Below, in pieces: positions 60,750-64,000 of a stretch of DNA of 64,000 nucleotides. The DNA is taken from contig JAWLEB010000007.1 in assembly GCA_041686375.1 (NCBI GenBank), forward strand, positions 4,302-68,301, written 5' to 3'. Within the stretch, counting starts at the first letter, position 1. Each line of letters begins with the position of its first letter. A program made the translations under genes and the position numbers. The DNA is from Bacteroidales bacterium. GTDB taxonomy: Bacteria; Bacteroidota; Bacteroidia; Bacteroidales; UBA12077. The notes below the pieces were generated by a model. That model was not told the DNA's origin. It ran no database searches and saw only the letters and a list, made by a program, of their open reading frames with translations.

Positions 60750-61037
60750 GACTGTGCTTAATCACTCATTTTTCTATCAAAGTCAATACTGCACTAATAA
60801 CAAGGGTTACAAAGTTCTAACTCGGTTATTGTTAGTTTTGTGCTACAGACGTCCCCGGGCAAAATACCGGTAGAGAGAGGTATACCATCTGATTTAAGTT
60901 ACAGGACGAAATATAATTTCATATGGCCAGCTATAAATCAGGGTAAATAAAATCTAATCTAATCTGGTATGGTTCTTAAGTATCCTATTCAGGACAGCTT
61001 AATGATATGTGTAATGAAATTAATTTTCTATAGTTTT

Positions 61038-61481
61038 CTAAATATCTTCTTTGATTCCGACCATAATAGCTACGCATCCGCTCAATGGTTCATCTGAATC
61101 TTCCTCGCTTTCTTTGACTTTCAGAGAAATTATCAATTGCTGGCTGTTCTCTGCTACAAAGTCCCATGATGACACAAAATCATCTTTACTGTTATCATAT
61201 AGAACATTCCTGTCTACATCTAATATTTGAAAATGAATCTCAGGGAGTTCACCTTCTGAACATACCGAGACTCTGTAATTTTGTCCGCTATAAAACGTCT
61301 TATACATCTCAGCGCTTTCTCCCTCTGTTAAAACTGCAGCATGATAGTTGCCGTCATGTATATAAGGGGATAGTTCTTGTTTACAAATTTGTTGTGCAAA
61401 ATGCTTACATTGCGATTGTCCACTGAGGGGTATAACAATTAAGAAAAAAAGGATGAATATAGAATTGTATAATTTTTTCAT
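61038..61481 (-). CDS. Uncharacterised small secreted beta-rich protein, paralog B2
   Basis: Signal peptide from MKKLYNS; TFYSGQNYRVSVC, LDVDRNVLYDN and GCVAIMVGIK. Confidence 0.72.
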   Translation of the reverse strand: MKKLYNSIFILFFLIVIPLSGQSQCKHFAQQICKQELSPYIHDGNYHAAVLTEGESAEMYKTFYSGQNYRVSVCSEGELPEIHFQILDVDRNVLYDNSKDDFVSSWDFVAENSQQLIISLKVKESEEDSDEPLSGCVAIMVGIKEDI

Positions 61482-61494
61482 AAGACAAATTATT

Positions 61495-62430
61495 TTATAA
61501 TGTAAAATCATTTCTTATTACATCAACCTGCTTTTTAAGTTTATTGTATGTGTCCGGTGTCATTGAAATTTCAGTTTCTGATTTAAGAGTAGTAACTTGT
61601 TTAGCCGTATTTTTTTCAGGTACCACATCTGAAGAGGTAATTTCAATTTCGTCATATATTTTCATTAATTGATTAATTTTTTCTTTGACAGACTGAAGAT
61701 TTTTATTCTCTTCATTTTTTTCGATCAGTTTCATTATCGTATTTACAGCAAATTTTTGATCGGCTACCCTGGCTATAAGCTCACTGTTGTCAATATCCTC
61801 CTGAGTGGGGTCTTCACCTATTAAATTAGTTGCTATATAGAGTCCTTCAACCCATCCCCCGATTAAAATAATTGTTGAAACTGCCTCTCTGTCGTTTTCC
61901 TGAAAGAACGAACTTGAATTTAAAATAGATTCCGAAATAATATCAAGAATGACATCACGGTTATTTACATTTGCTTCCAGTTTTTCAATAGTTTTCTGAT
62001 CTATCGCGTGGAGAATTCCCAGCCCATCAGCCATATTTTTTGCAGCGTTAATATAATCAATTGTTGTTTGTGTTTGATCATAAAGGCTGGCGTAGCTCAA
62101 ATCAGTCGTATAAATTCCAAGATTTAATGCCATGCTTTTGGTGGTAACATAATCCGATGTTTTATCCACAGGATTTAGTAGTTCTGGGTTATAAGTTGTT
62201 TCTGCTTGTTTTAGGATCATTGCAACTTCCAGAGGAGAAGGCATAGAATAAAACATTTCTTTTACCGTCTTAATATCTTTGACAAGTTGTGTGTCAATAG
62301 TATCAACAGTAACAACATCTTCAGACTCCCTGGCTTCCTCTCTCTTTTGTTTATCTTTTTGACATCCTGGTAAGATAATAACTATTGCAACCAGGACAGC
62401 TAAGAGAGTTTGCATAAAACGTATGTTCAT
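61495..62430 (-). CDS. Uncharacterised helical lipoprotein, paralog A2
   Basis: Lipobox IILPGC; PSP, ALNLGIYTTDLSY and GGWVEG motifs. Confidence 0.75.
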   Translation of the reverse strand: MNIRFMQTLLAVLVAIVIILPGCQKDKQKREEARESEDVVTVDTIDTQLVKDIKTVKEMFYSMPSPLEVAMILKQAETTYNPELLNPVDKTSDYVTTKSMALNLGIYTTDLSYASLYDQTQTTIDYINAAKNMADGLGILHAIDQKTIEKLEANVNNRDVILDIISESILNSSSFFQENDREAVSTIILIGGWVEGLYIATNLIGEDPTQEDIDNSELIARVADQKFAVNTIMKLIEKNEENKNLQSVKEKINQLMKIYDEIEITSSDVVPEKNTAKQVTTLKSETEISMTPDTYNKLKKQVDVIRNDFTL

Positions 62431-62747
62431 AACTGGTATATTTTAAGTTTAACTTGAAGCGTTCTCATAATATTTGCAATAAAAATACAATTTTTCTTTA
62501 AACTTACCCCAAGATCGGTTTTTAAATTTTTATACTTGAAATCATATTACGTTTAAATGTAAATATGTTACTTTATAAGCAAAAATTGCGAGGTTAGTAT
62601 ATTCTTCATAACGCAATCCTGCCGGAAAGGTTACACAGAATTGAACTCCATTACGAAAATGATTTATCAGTGAAGTGAAAATTTTTACTTTGATTTTGAA
62701 ATCGAAATAATGTTTTATAGATTTACAGTATATCAATTTATTACGTA

Positions 62748-63650
62748 ATGAATCGATGGGTTTCCTATACTTTTTTGTTGTTTACAGCTCTGTTTATGTA
62801 TACTTTATCTTATAGTCAAAACAGATTAAATGTAGTTGGTTCTGTTTTTGACAATAATGGTAACCTTTCCGAAGTCGATATTCTTGTTAATTCTGATACT
62901 ATTCACAAATTTAGTTCAGATGCTAACGGCCGGTTTTCATTTCACCTGGATTTTAATGGATATTATTTAGTTAGTTTTAAGAAAAAAGGATACGGGAGCA
63001 AAAGAGTGGCTATTAACACTAATTTACCCGAAGTTCAAAAGTCACGTAAACAGCAGCTTATTTCTATGAATTTAGAATTGATAGACAAAGCGAGTGAAAA
63101 TACGTCAGATACTTTAGGAGAAATAAAATATAGTCTTGTTACAAAAGAATTTACTTATGAGTCAAAATATGATAAAAATGCTTTTTTAAATATTCAGGTT
63201 TTTGGAAGAGATTATTATGATTACCCTTTAGCAGATGAAGGCGATGAAGACTCAGGAAATAACTTACGTGCAGATACAGAAACTGATTTTTATGATAAAG
63301 ATATTTTAAAGAGAAAACAAAATGCTTATAAAAGTATTGTGGATAAAAGGAAGAAATTTCTGGGATCCAAAGTGGAGGAATATAAGTTTGAAGAACTGGA
63401 ATTGGTAGATAATAAAAATCAAGTATTACAACCTGATACAATAATTAATCAATATTCTCATCATAGAATGGATGTATTAGAAATCCTAATAAGCAGCAAA
63501 AAATTTGTGCGTGTATACCACAGAGTTAAACATGATTGGGGAGCTGTATTTTTTTTCAGAAATTATCGTTCCATAACAAAAACCTTGTTTAACCTGGAGA
63601 CGCAATTTGATCAAAAAAATACCGATGAAGAATTATCTGAAGCATTCTAA
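62748..63650 (+). CDS. Secreted hypothetical protein with N-terminal carboxypeptidase-regulatory-like beta-sandwich
   Basis: Signal peptide; G.V.D...L..V.I...SDANGRFSF...Y.VSFKKKGY pattern. Confidence 0.6.
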   Translation: MNRWVSYTFLLFTALFMYTLSYSQNRLNVVGSVFDNNGNLSEVDILVNSDTIHKFSSDANGRFSFHLDFNGYYLVSFKKKGYGSKRVAINTNLPEVQKSRKQQLISMNLELIDKASENTSDTLGEIKYSLVTKEFTYESKYDKNAFLNIQVFGRDYYDYPLADEGDEDSGNNLRADTETDFYDKDILKRKQNAYKSIVDKRKKFLGSKVEEYKFEELELVDNKNQVLQPDTIINQYSHHRMDVLEILISSKKFVRVYHRVKHDWGAVFFFRNYRSITKTLFNLETQFDQKNTDEELSEAF

Positions 63651-63899
63651 ACATCCAAATATTCTATGGAGGTCGATGATATGAATTGCTTTTCTTAAGA
63701 TGAAAATATGGGACATGTATTTGCAGCGTTAAATGATTTTTTTCGTAGTTATATTACATGAAGTGTTCATTTTTGTACATATTATGTTACGATAGCGGAC
63801 ACAAAATATTTGACAAGATTAAATAAGTTGTTTTTTTTCAGAGCTATATGTTTTTTGGTATAAATTATGATATATTCAATATAAATTAAAAATAAACTT

Positions 63900-64000
63900 A
63901 TGAAAGTAGATTTAAAACCCAATGAAGTTGTAGTTAAAGCTACTGATAGTCAGTATTTTAAAGACGATCACAAAATTAGTGGAAAACTGATATTAACAAA
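63900..64000 (+). CDS. Partial ORF, possible GRAM/PH-like domain protein (runs off the window)
   Basis: MKVDLKPNEVVVKATDSQYFKDDHKISGKLILT; the L..NE.V...G.L.LT pattern is typical of GRAM/PH-like domains. Confidence 0.5.
   Translation, partial: MKVDLKPNEVVVKATDSQYFKDDHKISGKLILT

Noticed and set aside
1446-63441. Many short (60-140 aa) ORFs antisense to or nested in long genes
   Set aside because: They are shadow ORFs overlapping well-supported CDSs and have no recognisable motifs.
1-64000. CRISPR arrays, tRNA/rRNA, IS elements, integrases, prophage
   Set aside because: No repeat-spacer periodicity, cloverleaf or rRNA-like sequence, or mobile-element ORFs were seen by eye; tRNAscan/Infernal were not run.

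Overview
AT-rich Bacteroidota (Bacteroidales/Marinilabiliales-like) chromosomal window, judged from TAnnTTTG promoter elements, the dapB-lepB-wbqC synteny and a GYDIA-type GHMP kinase. I see no rRNA, tRNA, CRISPR, transposase or phage genes. Housekeeping genes include thrS-infC-rpmI-rplT, dapB, lepB, nth, uvrA, rsmE, a THUMP rRNA methyltransferase and pncA/pncB. The standout is a tightly packed 9-10 gene minus-strand cluster (30437-42449). It joins the leucine/isovalerate catabolic enzymes (methylcrotonyl-CoA carboxylase, methylglutaconyl-CoA hydratase, acyl-CoA dehydrogenase) to the mevalonate pathway from HMG-CoA reductase to IDI-2, followed by a MenA-like prenyltransferase. HMG-CoA lyase, HMG-CoA synthase and thiolase are all absent from the cluster, which suggests a leucine-fed isoprenoid route. 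Other candidates are a TerB/FHA-like ABCG-type transporter with a duplicated lipoprotein + small secreted protein module, two stand-alone SiaB/SiaC pairs, and a GAF-like-nucleotidyltransferase + phosphoesterase pair. Also present are a likely L20 leader RNA, an ATA-started infC with a strong SD, Pho-box-like repeats and an internally deleted DPP-IV pseudogene. All calls come from motif recognition by eye; no searches were run.
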